Shown piece by piece: positions 39,662 to 49,669 of a stretch of 64,000 nt of DNA. The stretch's first letter is position 1. The number at the start of each line of letters is the position of its first letter. The notes beneath the pieces were generated by a model. It did no database searches. It was not told the DNA's origin and worked only from the letters and a program-made list of their open reading frames with translations. A program made the translations under genes and the position numbers. Where the stretch lies: positions 9,363-73,362 of the forward strand of contig CAWKCL010000007.1 of the NCBI GenBank assembly GCA_963848155.1, written 5' to 3'. The stretch comes from an uncultured delta proteobacterium. GTDB lineage: Bacteria; Desulfobacterota; Zymogenia; Zymogenales; Zymogenaceae.

Positions 39662-40408
39662 CTAGATCTCCTTGAGGTCCATCTTTTTAAGCTTGTCCAC
39701 CGTCTCGGGCGGGAGGTGGGTCTGTCCCTTGTCGAGGGATTCCTTAAGCTGGACGAGCTTTTTTACGGCCATGTTATAGTTTTCTTTGTAGAGTCTTTCG
39801 GTCGGTTTAAGTTCCACGGCCTTCTTGAAATTGTCGAGCGCCTTGAAGTAGTCGCCCTTCCAGTTCAGATAAAGCGCGCCGAGGTTATTATAGGCCCTGG
39901 CGATCCCGCGATCCTTATCAATAGCCATGATATACTGGCTTATCGCCTTATCCCACTGCTTAAGCCCTTCGTACGCCTGGCCGAGGTTGTAGTAGTTCCA
40001 GCCGTTGTTCGGGTCATTGGCGATCTCGGCTTTATAGGACTCGATAGCCGTCTCGTATTCTCCCCTGGTCCATAGAATATACCCGATGGAATAGTTTACG
40101 TATTTCATCTTAGGGTTCAGCTCTTTTGCCTTCGCAAGTTCCGCGTATGCCGTGTCAAACCCGGTGTTTTCCTTGTCAGACTCGGCATAGAGGTAGGCAA
40201 CGCCGAGCAGGTAATGTGCCGAAGCATCCGTCGGACTCGCTTTTACCAGCCCTTCGTACTTTTCTATTACGGATGGCAACGTACCTTCGGAACGCGCCTT
40301 TCCGATCTCGACTACCTTGGCCTTGAGGGCGTCTTCCTGGCAGACGGCCGGTACGGCCATCCCCAACACCAGCAGGGTTAGAGCGCCCCAGATAAAAATC
40401 TTTTTCAT
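39662..40408 (-). CDS. secreted TPR repeat protein
   Basis: Signal peptide MKKIFIWGALTLLVLGMAVPAVC, then TPR units (HYLLGVAYLY, NYSIGYILWTRGEYETAIESYKAEIANDPNN, WNYYNLGQAYEGLKQWDKAISQY). Confidence 0.75.
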   Translation of the reverse strand: MKKIFIWGALTLLVLGMAVPAVCQEDALKAKVVEIGKARSEGTLPSVIEKYEGLVKASPTDASAHYLLGVAYLYAESDKENTGFDTAYAELAKAKELNPKMKYVNYSIGYILWTRGEYETAIESYKAEIANDPNNGWNYYNLGQAYEGLKQWDKAISQYIMAIDKDRGIARAYNNLGALYLNWKGDYFKALDNFKKAVELKPTERLYKENYNMAVKKLVQLKESLDKGQTHLPPETVDKLKKMDLKEI

Positions 40409-40494
40409 TGTCGGATAATCCTTTCACGTATAGGTTCATGAAATTGTACCAGAGGGGCGCCGAATGTTCAAGCCTAATCACCGCTTCTTTTTCT

Positions 40495-40523
40495 TTGACC
40501 GTGTTTTCAAATGATACTATACT
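40495..40523 (+). promoter_or_regulatory. sigma-70-type promoter candidate (TTGACC-17 nt-TATACT)
   Basis: TTGACC at 40495-40500, TATACT at 40518-40523. AGGGAGG SD and ATG 40547 follow. Confidence 0.5.
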
Positions 40524-40546
40524 GACCGATATACCACAGGGAGGCG

Positions 40547-41503
40547 ATGATGTTTCGAACGAAGCTTTGTGAGCTATTGGGCATCCAGTATCCAATCATC
40601 CAGGGCGGTATGGTCTGGATCTGTATGCATGAGCTTGCCGCCGCGGTTTCCGAAGCGGGGGGGCTCGGCGTACTGGCGGGGGGGAGCATGACCGTCGAAG
40701 AGCTGGCGGAGGAAATCACGTTGACGAAGGCCGCCACGAAAAAGCCCTTCGGGGTCAATATACCGCTGTTGAGGCCGGATGCCGAGGCGCTCATCGACAC
40801 GACTATCGCGGGCGGCGCGGCCGCCGTCGTAAGCTCGGCGGGCAATCCCAAACGCTTCACGCAGAAGATACATGATGCGGGGCTGAAGGTCGTCCACGTC
40901 TCGCCGAACGTGGGGCTTGCCGCCAAGGCCGAGACCGCGGGGGTGGACGCGATCGTCGGCGAGGGGATCGAGGCCGGCGGCCACGACGGGTTTGACGAGA
41001 TCACCACGATGGCGCTGATACCCCAGCTCGTCAAGTGGGTCCAGGTGCCGGTCATCGCCGCGGGCGGGATAGCCGATGCCCGGGGATTTGTGGCGGCGCT
41101 GGCGCTGGGGGCCCAGGGGGTGCAGATGGGGACGCGGTTCGCGGCCACCTTCGAGGCGCGCGCCCATCGTAACTTCAAGGAGGCGATCCTCGGGGTCGGC
41201 GACACCGGGACGACGGTTTCGGCGCGGACGCTCGGGCCCACGCGGGCCATCAAAAATAAGCTGACCGAGCGGATCGCCGAGGCCGAGCGGGCCGGCGTTT
41301 CCAAGGAAGAGCTGTATGACCTGATCGGCGAGGGACGCTCACGGATGGCTTCGGTGGACGGCGACGTAGAGGAGGGGACGGTCTACTGCGGCCAGATCGG
41401 GGGGGTGATCACCGAGCTGATGCACGCGGGCGACGTGGTCCGCCAGACCATTGAGGAGGCGGAGCGGCTGGTCGGGGAGCTTTCGGCGGCGGCCAAACGG
41501 TAG
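40547..41503 (+). CDS. nitronate monooxygenase / FabK-type enoyl-ACP reductase II family flavoprotein
   Basis: LGIQYPIIQGGMVWI, AAAVSEAGGLGVLAGG, GIEAGGH, PVIAAGGIADARG, GAQGVQMGTRF. Confidence 0.8.
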   Translation: MMFRTKLCELLGIQYPIIQGGMVWICMHELAAAVSEAGGLGVLAGGSMTVEELAEEITLTKAATKKPFGVNIPLLRPDAEALIDTTIAGGAAAVVSSAGNPKRFTQKIHDAGLKVVHVSPNVGLAAKAETAGVDAIVGEGIEAGGHDGFDEITTMALIPQLVKWVQVPVIAAGGIADARGFVAALALGAQGVQMGTRFAATFEARAHRNFKEAILGVGDTGTTVSARTLGPTRAIKNKLTERIAEAERAGVSKEELYDLIGEGRSRMASVDGDVEEGTVYCGQIGGVITELMHAGDVVRQTIEEAERLVGELSAAAKR

Positions 41504-41575
41504 GGACCTCCGGTAGCACCGGTGCCTGAGACGGGAACGTAAGGGAATGTACCATACGCATTGAGGGGGCGGCCG

Positions 41576-42086
41576 ATGGATGCGCTTGAGGCCATCCTGA
41601 CCAGACGGAGCATCAGGAAATACAGGAAAGACCCGGTCGACGAAGAATCGATCAGGGTGCTGCTGACCGCGGCCATGAGCGCGCCGTCGGCGCGCAATCA
41701 GCAGCCGTGGCGCTTCGTGGTCATAACGAGACCGCGAAATGCTCGTCGCGCTGACGACCGTCCATCCCTACGCCGGACCCCTGAAGGAGGCCGCCTGCGC
41801 CGTTCTGATCTGCGGCGACACCAGGGATCTGCCTTCGGAGGGCTTCTGGGAACAGGACTGCGCCGCGGCCACGGAAAACCTCCTGGTGGCGGCAACGGCC
41901 CTCGGCCTGGGGACGGTGTGGCTTGGCTGCCACCCGAGGGAGGATCGGGTCAGGGGAATCCAGGAGCTGTTGGGCATCCCGAAGGCGGTCGTCCCGCTAT
42001 CGCTGGTTGCCGTCGGCCACCCCGACGAGGTAAAACCGAAAGTGGACCGCTACGACGCGAAGAAGGTCCACTATAACCGGTGGTAA
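41576..42086 (+). pseudogene. nitroreductase family protein, one frameshift
   Basis: [33 protein letters not shown], then after the break (about 41726-41732) REMLVAL...[29 protein letters not shown]... Confidence 0.8.
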
Positions 42087-42327
42087 TGCCGCGGGAAAAA
42101 TAGGGCGACGTTCACGAATCTCTTTCAATTCAATCAGATACGGTATCATCGATATCGGTTTCTTACCTCAAAAGATATAAGGGTAATAGAATCTATCAGA
42201 CAGGGGGGCAGGGCATATTTGTATCTTGACAATCAATCAATCGTTTGATAGATTATATGGGCATGGAACTTTGCCTTTGACATTTCGGGTTCGTATGATA
42301 CCATCAAATAACAGGAGTGAGATCAGC

Positions 42328-43116
42328 ATGAAGATTAAATCCTTGGTCCTTTCGGCGGCCGCGGCCGCCCTCGTTGCCTTCCTGGTCGGGCTCCCGGCCG
42401 TATCGCTGGCGCTGACCGGGACCGAGATCATGACAAAGGTCCACGATCGGGAAAACGGCAAGTCCTCGATCATCGAGAGCACGATGATCCTCATCAACGA
42501 TAAGGGACAGACCAAAGAGCGGACGGTGAGAGCCGTCCGAAAGGAATACGGCGACCTCAGTAAATCGATGATCCGTTTTCTGTCGCCCGCCGACGTCAAG
42601 GGGACCGGATTCCTGATCTGGGAAAACACCGGTAGGGACGACGACCAGTTCCTGTACCTCCCGGCCCTCAAGCAGGACCCCCGCAGGATCGCCTCCTCTG
42701 AAAAGGGCTCCCGCTTCATGGGTACCGAGTTCACCTACCAGGATCTCGAAAGCCGCAAGGTAGATGAAGACGACCACAAACTCCTGAGAGAGGAAAAGCT
42801 CGACGGCAAGCAGGTCTACGTCGTGGAAAGCATCCCCAAAAAGGCCTCCGATTCCCAGTATAAGAAGGTCGTCTCCTGGGTTCGCCCCGATATCTGGCTT
42901 CCCGTCAAGGTAGAATTCTACGACAAGAACGGCGTGCTGCTGAAGGTCCTCACCGTGAACAAGATCGAGCAGGTCCAGGGTATCTGGACGACCATGGACA
43001 GCACCATGAACAACGTCCAGGACAAGAAGAAGACCCAGCTGATTATCAACAAGGTTCAGTATAACGCCGATATCCCGGACGAGTATTTTACCGAGCGCTA
43101 CCTCAAGAGGGACTAA
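42328..43116 (+). CDS. outer-membrane lipoprotein-sorting (LolA-like) protein
   Basis: Signal peptide MKIKSLVLSAAAAALVAFLV. LTGTEIMTKV, FLIWENTGRDDDQFLYLPALKQDPRRIASSEKGSRFMGTEFTYQDL, DIPDEYFTERYL, typical of the LolA-like family that pairs with DUF1302/RND exporters. Confidence 0.65.
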   Translation: MKIKSLVLSAAAAALVAFLVGLPAVSLALTGTEIMTKVHDRENGKSSIIESTMILINDKGQTKERTVRAVRKEYGDLSKSMIRFLSPADVKGTGFLIWENTGRDDDQFLYLPALKQDPRRIASSEKGSRFMGTEFTYQDLESRKVDEDDHKLLREEKLDGKQVYVVESIPKKASDSQYKKVVSWVRPDIWLPVKVEFYDKNGVLLKVLTVNKIEQVQGIWTTMDSTMNNVQDKKKTQLIINKVQYNADIPDEYFTERYLKRD

Positions 43117-43144
43117 GGTGACCGGACGATTGACCGAGACCGGC

Positions 43145-44887
43145 ATGCGATGGGTGCCGGTCTTTTTTTTCATCTGGCTTATCGCCGCCGCCCCGGCCGC
43201 GGCGGGCGACGATCCCGCCGGGACGGCCGATCCCTTTTCCTGCCCGGTCCACTACGAGGAATCGAAGGCCCGGATCGCGCTGGTACGCGCCGAGTATGAG
43301 CGGCTGTCTGCCGATATCGACCGGGAGATCGACCGGGTCAGGGGGCTGATAGTTGCGGCAGGCGACCCGGCCGTCCGTGAGGAACTCCTCGCGGCGCTTT
43401 CCGATCTCGAACGCCGGCGGGCCGACGGGCTTTCCCGGGCGCTGACGGCGGTCGGCGATATACGGGTCGAGGATCGTGAGCGGCACATCTCGGAGACGAT
43501 CGCCCTGCCGCCGCCGACGTATATGGCCCCCGATCGGTTGCTCGCCGGCACCTCGGTCTCCGATATCTTCGGGCCGGAGGTCGACCTGGCGGGCTACCTC
43601 AAGATCCGGCTTTCGGGGGATATCTCGGCGGATAATGAATACGAGAATCTCTTCGAGGCCGAGCCGAAGGTCTTTTTCTCCGTCAAATACCCCGTCAACG
43701 ATTCGCTCCTGGTCTTCGTCTCCGCCTCCGGGAAGTATGACTACTATACCGGCGGTGACACCCGCTACGACCACGAAATCGCGCTCCACGAGGCCTACGT
43801 CGATATCTTCTTCGATACGCTCGACGTGAGGGTGGGAAACCAGATCATCTCATGGGGAAGGACCGACGTCATCAACCCGACGGACGTTATCAACCCGCTG
43901 GACCTTACCAGTATGCTGACCGGGGAGACGGCCGAGCGGAAGGTCCCCACCTTTGCCGTAAAGCTCGACTATTACCACGGCAACACCACGGCAGAGCTGG
44001 TGGTGGCGCCGTTCTTCCAGGAATACAAATACGACCTGGTCGGTTCGGACTGGGCGATCTTTCACTACGGCCTCTTTTCCGAATACGTCGGGGGCGCCTT
44101 CCCCTGGGCGGACCGCCTGGACGATGAGTCACAGAAGCTGATCAACCGGTCCAGCCTTACCTTTTCGCTGCCAAACCAGCCCGCCGACAGCCCGGAGAAC
44201 ATCCAGGGCGGGATTCGGATTTCGTCAAAATACCGAGGGTGGGACTTTTCTCTGTCGTACCTCAACGTCTTTGACCGGCTGCCGACCGTCACGATCTCCG
44301 ATGCGCTGAGAAACGCCATCGAGACCGGCACCGTGGTCGGCTATCTCTCCGGCCTCACGGCCGAGGAACTGGCCGGCACCGTATCGCTGGACTACCACCG
44401 GTATCACATGATCGGGTTTGATTTCGCAACGACCTGGGGCAGCTATGGAATCCGGGGGGAGGGGGGGGTATTCCTCGATCGATATACCTATACCGATGAA
44501 CTGGAGGCGGCCAGGAACAACTACCTCTTCTACGTGGTAGGGGTGGACCGGTTATTTAAGGGCGACTTTTACGTCAACGCCCAGTTTATCCAGAAGGTCA
44601 TCTTCGACTATGACCGCGAGTACCTCGAGGACGAGTTCCAGAGCGGGGTAAGCCTCTATACCTACAAGGAATTCGAGCTCTTCGGTCGGAAGATCGTCCC
44701 GGAGATCAGGGCGCTCTACGAGATAAACGGGAACAGCTTCTTCATCACGCCCAAGGTCACCTATAAATGGTCGGATACCCTTGAAACCTCCTTGGGCATG
44801 AATATATTCGAGGGAGACCGGGACACGATCTTCGGCTATTTTACCGATAACGACCAGGTCTTTTTTGAGGTAAAATATATCTTTTAG
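43145..44887 (+). CDS. DUF1302-like outer-membrane beta-barrel protein
   Basis: Signal peptide MRWVPVFFFIWLIAAAPAAAG. VGNQIISWGRTDVINPTDVINP segment. Alternating beta-strand pattern. C-terminal ...FFEVKYIF (terminal Phe, an OMP signature). The ORF-track start GTG 43118 is also possible. Confidence 0.6.
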   Translation: MRWVPVFFFIWLIAAAPAAAGDDPAGTADPFSCPVHYEESKARIALVRAEYERLSADIDREIDRVRGLIVAAGDPAVREELLAALSDLERRRADGLSRALTAVGDIRVEDRERHISETIALPPPTYMAPDRLLAGTSVSDIFGPEVDLAGYLKIRLSGDISADNEYENLFEAEPKVFFSVKYPVNDSLLVFVSASGKYDYYTGGDTRYDHEIALHEAYVDIFFDTLDVRVGNQIISWGRTDVINPTDVINPLDLTSMLTGETAERKVPTFAVKLDYYHGNTTAELVVAPFFQEYKYDLVGSDWAIFHYGLFSEYVGGAFPWADRLDDESQKLINRSSLTFSLPNQPADSPENIQGGIRISSKYRGWDFSLSYLNVFDRLPTVTISDALRNAIETGTVVGYLSGLTAEELAGTVSLDYHRYHMIGFDFATTWGSYGIRGEGGVFLDRYTYTDELEAARNNYLFYVVGVDRLFKGDFYVNAQFIQKVIFDYDREYLEDEFQSGVSLYTYKEFELFGRKIVPEIRALYEINGNSFFITPKVTYKWSDTLETSLGMNIFEGDRDTIFGYFTDNDQVFFEVKYIF

Positions 44888-44961
44888 AGCGGTACCCGGG
44901 GCAGAGGCGAAAACGAAGTTCCCGCGGGGCTGCACTTTCGTGGTATTATACAGGAAATAAA

Positions 44962-45693
44962 ATGACGCAAGACATCAACCTTCTGGTGGCGTTGTGGGGA
45001 GGGATCATCAGCTTTGCCTCGCCCTGCGTACTGCCGCTCTTACCCAGCTACCTGACCTTTATTACCGGGATATCCTTCGAAGAGCTGAGAGAAGACGACC
45101 GGCGGGGGATCAGGAAGGCGACCATCCTTCACTCCCTGGCGTTTATCGCGGGATTTACCGTCGTCTTCGTGGCGATGGGGGCGCTCTTCGGGCTCCTGGG
45201 CGAGACCCTCTTCGAGTTCCGGGACATCATCCGGCGCGTCGGGGCCGTGTTGATCATCCTTTTCGGGATCTACATCACGGGCCTGATCCGTATCCCCTTC
45301 CTTGACATGGAAAAGAAGATGCACCTGCGCGATAAGCCAGCGGGTTACCTGGGCTCGTCTCTCGTGGGGATCACCTTTGCGGCGGGGTGGTCGCCATGCC
45401 TGGGGCCCATCGTCGGCTCGATACTGGGCCTGGCAATGATCGGCTCGTCGATGAACGCGGGATACGGGGTATTGCTCCTGTTTGTCTACTCAATCGGGCT
45501 GGGGATACCGTTTTTCGTTTCGTCACTGGCGTTCAACTCGTTCCTCTCTCTGTTCAACCGGTTCAAGCGCTTTATCCCCGTGGTCAATATCGTCAGCGGA
45601 CTGATACTGATTGCCGTCGGCGTCTTCCTGCTGTTCTCTGATTTCGACGCCATTATGAACCTCCTTTACAGGATGGGCTTTGGATATGAGTAA
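44962..45693 (+). CDS. ccdA: cytochrome c biogenesis thiol:disulfide electron transporter CcdA (DsbD family)
   Basis: GIISFASPCVLPLLPSYLTFITG and GWSPCLGPIVGSIL, the two conserved Cys-containing TM motifs. Confidence 0.85.
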   Translation: MTQDINLLVALWGGIISFASPCVLPLLPSYLTFITGISFEELREDDRRGIRKATILHSLAFIAGFTVVFVAMGALFGLLGETLFEFRDIIRRVGAVLIILFGIYITGLIRIPFLDMEKKMHLRDKPAGYLGSSLVGITFAAGWSPCLGPIVGSILGLAMIGSSMNAGYGVLLLFVYSIGLGIPFFVSSLAFNSFLSLFNRFKRFIPVVNIVSGLILIAVGVFLLFSDFDAIMNLLYRMGFGYE

Positions 45694-46147
45694 AGAGCCG
45701 AGAAAGAAAAAAACGGAGGCCGAGACGGCCGCTCCGGCGCCGCCGTCTACGCCGAAGTCGGTGCCGAAGCCGACGCCGACGGGCGCCCCCGAGATCACCA
45801 ACGACCAGAAGAACCTCGCATTCATTTGCCACCTGTCCGGGTTTTTCTGGTTCGTGATCCCCGGCCTCAACATCATCGTCCCCCTGATCGTGATGCTGGT
45901 CAAGGGGGGCGAGGATCCCTTCGTATCCCACCACAGCCGGCAGGCCCTCATCTTCCAGGTGGTCATGTCGGTAGTGATGCTCGTGCTGTTGGCCGTCGGG
46001 GTCGTCCTGCTCATCGTCCTGATCGGGTTCCTGGTCCTCGGGGTGCTCCTGATCGTGGCGGTCGTCGATATCATGTTTATCCTGATAGCGACGTTTGCCG
46101 CCGCCCGGGGCGAGCTGTATACTTATCCGATGATGCGCGGGGTGTAA
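45686..46147 (+). CDS. DUF4870-like membrane protein
   Basis: HLSGFFWFVIPGLNIIVPLIVMLVKGGEDPFVSHHSRQALIFQ, followed by two more TM helices. The start overlaps the ccdA stop. Confidence 0.55.
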   Translation: MSKEPRKKKTEAETAAPAPPSTPKSVPKPTPTGAPEITNDQKNLAFICHLSGFFWFVIPGLNIIVPLIVMLVKGGEDPFVSHHSRQALIFQVVMSVVMLVLLAVGVVLLIVLIGFLVLGVLLIVAVVDIMFILIATFAAARGELYTYPMMRGV

Positions 46148-46267
46148 AACCAGCCCATATAACCGAAGGGCGGCTTAGTATGCCGCCCGTCTGCGTGGAA
46201 ATCGGATCCGTTCCTGCTATTTTCTATCTGCCGATGCCCCGCGAAAACGTAGCTGTCATGGGGTGGT

Positions 46268-46855
46268 TTATAACTTCCCCTTCGTCGACAGCACCCCCTT
46301 GATCCGGGGGTCTACCCTGACGGCGTCGGAGAGCGATCGCGCGAAGGCCTTGAAGCAGGCCTCGGCCATGTGGTGGGCGTTCTTGCCGTGGTGCAGCACG
46401 ATATGGACGTTGGCACGCGCGTGCACCGAGAACGATTTGAAAAACTCCTCGAAGAGCTCCAGGTCAAACTCCCCGACCTTATCCGAGCCGAACTCCACCT
46501 CGTAGACCAGGAAGGGCCTGCCCGACAGATCCACCACGGCGGTGGCCAGGGCCTCGTCCATCGGCACCGTGGAGGTGCCGTAGCGCTTGATGCCGGCCTT
46601 GTCTCCCAGGGCCTTGTCCACCGCGTCGCCCAGACAGATACCGATGTCCTCCACGGAGTGGTGCAGGTCGATCTCGCTGTCGCCCGTCGCATGAAGCGTC
46701 AGGTCGAAAAGGCCGTGCCTGGCAAAGAGCTCCAGCATGTGGTTGAGGAAGGGCGCGGGACTCTCGACACGATACGCGCCTTCACCGTCCAGCTCGATTT
46801 TCAGCGTTATGTCGGTCTCGGCGGTCTTTCGCGTTACCTCTGCCGTTCTGGTCAT
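46268..46855 (-). CDS. hisB: imidazoleglycerol-phosphate dehydratase
   Basis: RKTAETDI, FLNHMLELFARHG, DLHHSVEDIGI, HHMAEACFKAFARSL. Confidence 0.95.
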   Translation of the reverse strand: MTRTAEVTRKTAETDITLKIELDGEGAYRVESPAPFLNHMLELFARHGLFDLTLHATGDSEIDLHHSVEDIGICLGDAVDKALGDKAGIKRYGTSTVPMDEALATAVVDLSGRPFLVYEVEFGSDKVGEFDLELFEEFFKSFSVHARANVHIVLHHGKNAHHMAEACFKAFARSLSDAVRVDPRIKGVLSTKGKL

Positions 46856-47113
46856 GATATCCTCGTGGTAAGGGTCATCGTACCGATCCTCTCGGGCGCG
46901 TCTATCGGGCTCCGTCTACGACGTCGGGCGCCGGGAGGGGTCTCTTCTCTTTATATTTCTTTGACGCGGGTCTGTCAAGTCAAATACGAATCGAGGCTTA
47001 CGCGCAGGCGAGCACGGATTTCTATTTATTTATGCTTTCATGTCGTCTATACTATGCTGCATTCGATGAGTCCGTTAATACCGGCGTGTGAGTCATTACA
47101 GAGAGGAATAGCG

Positions 47114-48001
47114 ATGACCCGGATCGATTACGCGACCTGCACCAGCTGCGGTCTCTGCGCCAGGGTGTGCGGGGGCAGGATAATCAGAGAAGTCGATGGA
47201 CGCTACGAGATCCATTCCTACGAAGACTGGGAATGCTTCGGCTGCGGCAACTGCATGGCGGTCTGCCCCTCCCGGTCGATTACGGCCGAGGGATTGAGCT
47301 ACGATATTTTTGCCCCGCTGGAAAAGAAGACTATCGGGTTTGACCCGCTCTACGCCTCGCTCCTCTCCCGACGCTCGGTACGTAACTACCGGAAAAAGTC
47401 GGTCCCCAAGGACGTCGTACAATCCGTCATCCGGGCGGCGGCCACCGCGCCCATGGGCGTCCCGCCGACGGCAGTGGAGGTCCTGGTGATCGACCGGAGG
47501 GCCGATATCGAGCGGCTGTTGGTGGACGTGAGAAAGCAGTATCGGGGGTTGCTCTTCATCATGGGTAATCCCGTCACGAGGTTTTTCATGCGGCTCGTAC
47601 AGGGAAGGGCACTGTACCACGCCCTGAGGACCCACGTGGTTCCGGCGGCGCGTCACGCGCTGGAGGAAAGCGAGAAGGAGCGGGAGTATTTCACCTACGA
47701 GGCCCCCGTCCTGATGGTCTTCCACGGCAACCGGTACAAGGTCGCCATCGAGCAGGACTGCTTCATTGCGGCCTCGTACGCGTCCATCGCCGCGCCGACC
47801 GTGGGGCTGGGCAGCTGCTTCTCCGGGATGATCCCGCCGATCATCGACCGGGGCAAGAAGATCAAGGCATCGCTCGGTATTCCCAAGGAGAACGGGGTCT
47901 ATGCCTGCCTGATGCTCGGGTACCCCGCGATCGCGATCAAACGGGCCATACCGCGGGGATTTAAAGGCATCCGGTTCTCGTCTGAATCAGCCACGGGTTA
48001 G
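47114..48001 (+). CDS. 2x[4Fe-4S] ferredoxin-domain + nitroreductase-family fusion protein
   Basis: CTSCGLCARVC and CFGCGNCMAVCP cluster motifs, then LLSRRSVRNYRKKSVP and a nitroreductase-like core. The 5' part of the ORF-track entry 46370-48001 is antisense shadow of hisB. Confidence 0.7.
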   Translation: MTRIDYATCTSCGLCARVCGGRIIREVDGRYEIHSYEDWECFGCGNCMAVCPSRSITAEGLSYDIFAPLEKKTIGFDPLYASLLSRRSVRNYRKKSVPKDVVQSVIRAAATAPMGVPPTAVEVLVIDRRADIERLLVDVRKQYRGLLFIMGNPVTRFFMRLVQGRALYHALRTHVVPAARHALEESEKEREYFTYEAPVLMVFHGNRYKVAIEQDCFIAASYASIAAPTVGLGSCFSGMIPPIIDRGKKIKASLGIPKENGVYACLMLGYPAIAIKRAIPRGFKGIRFSSESATG

Positions 48002-48099
48002 GGGTAGTCTTCCTCTCCCTCGCAGAGGGTAAAGGCGGGACGTCCGATAGTTAGAGCTTCCTGCTTAGTATTTCGATGATCCTTTGCGCCGCCGGTCCG

Positions 48100-48912
48100 T
48101 TATCCCCTGCGCGATTTCGCCGCGGCAAGCCCCACCTTCGGAAAGTCCGTGAATATCCCGTCGACCCCCAGCGCGAAGAGCCGCTGCATCTCATCGGTAT
48201 CGTTTATCGTCCAGACGTGCACCTGGACGCCGAGCCGTTTTGCCGCCGCCAGGAACCTTTTATTGACCACCGTGATACCCTGGGCGGAGACGGGAACCTG
48301 AAGGGCGTCAAAAGGGACCGACCGGGGGAGGCAGGGACAGACGGCAGACTTGATCAGGAAGGAGAGCACCTCTTTGCGGGAGGCACTGGTGGGGATGTGG
48401 GGGGCTTCACGGCGCATGTAGGGACCGGCGCCCGGCTGTTCGGAGGCCAAAAGCACCCGGTCCTCGGCCTTATACTTCTTGAGCATATCCAGCACGAGCC
48501 GCGCCGTGGCGGGCGTGCCGTCCTTTACCTCGATATTAGCCCGGGAGTCTTTGAACTTCTTCAGGAACTCCTCGAGGGTGGGTACGCGAAACCCCTTGCC
48601 GCGGAACGGGTGGGTCTTGCCCTCGTCGGGCGAAAAAGCCGCGCCGGCGTCGATCTTCTGCAATTCGGCAAAGGTAAGGTCCTTGATCTCACGGGTGTCT
48701 CCGGCGGTCCGCCCCAGGTGAGGGTCGTGTGCCAGCACGAGGACGCCGTCTTTCGTGATCTGTACGTCCGTTTCGAGATAGGTCGCCCCCATCCGCACCG
48801 CCTCTTCGAACGCCGGGATCGTGTTTTCGGGCATCGTGCCGCTTGCCCCCCGGTGCGCAAAGACGATGGGGAGCTTCGTGCTAAAGAAGGGTCTCGTCTC
48901 TTTCGGGGTCAT
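48100..48912 (-). CDS. glycerophosphodiester phosphodiesterase
   Basis: IVFAHRGASGTMPENTIPAFEEAVRMGATYLETDVQITKDGVLVLAHD, HVWTIND, GVDGIFTDFP. Confidence 0.88.
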   Translation of the reverse strand: MTPKETRPFFSTKLPIVFAHRGASGTMPENTIPAFEEAVRMGATYLETDVQITKDGVLVLAHDPHLGRTAGDTREIKDLTFAELQKIDAGAAFSPDEGKTHPFRGKGFRVPTLEEFLKKFKDSRANIEVKDGTPATARLVLDMLKKYKAEDRVLLASEQPGAGPYMRREAPHIPTSASRKEVLSFLIKSAVCPCLPRSVPFDALQVPVSAQGITVVNKRFLAAAKRLGVQVHVWTINDTDEMQRLFALGVDGIFTDFPKVGLAAAKSRRG

Positions 48913-49669
48913 CGTCGTATTCCTTTTTCAGGTATATAAAAAACTCTTTGTTTCCTTTCGGGCCGGTGAGCGGCGACTGGATAGAACCCTCAACCGAAAA
49001 GCCGATCTCCCGGGCGGTATCCGCAATACGCTCCACGACCTGGCGGTGTTTCTCGGGATCCTTCACTACCCCTCCCTTGCCCACGTCGCCTTTCCCAACC
49101 TCAAACTGGGGTTTGACCAGGGCGATCACGAATCCCCCGGCGCGAACGATCCCGTATACCACCGGAAGCACCAGGGAAAGCGAGATAAACGACACGTCGA
49201 TGACGGCGCCGTCTATGTCGCGGGCGAAGTCGGCCTTCCTGGCGTGCCGGATATTGGTGCGCTCCATGACGGTGACGCGCTCGTCGGTGCGCAGCCGCCA
49301 GTCGAACTGCCCGTACCCGACGTCCAGCGCGTAGACGCCGCCGGCTCCCGCCTTGAGGAGACAGTCGGTAAACCCGCCCGTTGAGGCCCCCACGTCGAGG
49401 ATGACACGGCCGGAGACGTCCACGGCAAACGACGCGAGGGCCGCCTCAAGCTTCATTCCCCCCCGGCCGACGTACGGGCAGACGGGCGAGGTTACGGTGA
49501 TCTCGGCGTCAAGATCAACCATGGCGCCTGCCTTATCGACGCGCGCACCCTCCACAAGGACCGCGCCCGCGAGGATCACGGCCCTGGCCTTCTGGCGGGT
49601 ATCGATCAGACCCCGGCCGACGAGCGCGGCGTCCAGGCGTTCTTTATCTCTTGAGTTCGGCGTTTTCAT
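48881..49669 (-). CDS. tlyA: TlyA-family rRNA 2'-O-methyltransferase (S4 domain + FtsJ-like MTase)
   Basis: RLDAALVGRGLIDTRQKARAVILAGAVLV (S4), ILDVGASTGGFTDCLL (SAM motif), ALVKPQFE. Start placed at MKTPNS (ATG 49669). Confidence 0.85.
   Translation of the reverse strand: MKTPNSRDKERLDAALVGRGLIDTRQKARAVILAGAVLVEGARVDKAGAMVDLDAEITVTSPVCPYVGRGGMKLEAALASFAVDVSGRVILDVGASTGGFTDCLLKAGAGGVYALDVGYGQFDWRLRTDERVTVMERTNIRHARKADFARDIDGAVIDVSFISLSLVLPVVYGIVRAGGFVIALVKPQFEVGKGDVGKGGVVKDPEKHRQVVERIADTAREIGFSVEGSIQSPLTGPKGNKEFFIYLKKEYDDDPERDETLL

Noticed and set aside
43862-43897. Tandem 18-nt repeat (ACCGACGTCATCAACCCG / ACGGACGTTATCAACCCG) encoding TDVINP-TDVINP
   Set aside because: It is only two in-frame copies inside the DUF1302-like ORF. 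This is a small internal duplication, not a repeat array or CRISPR.
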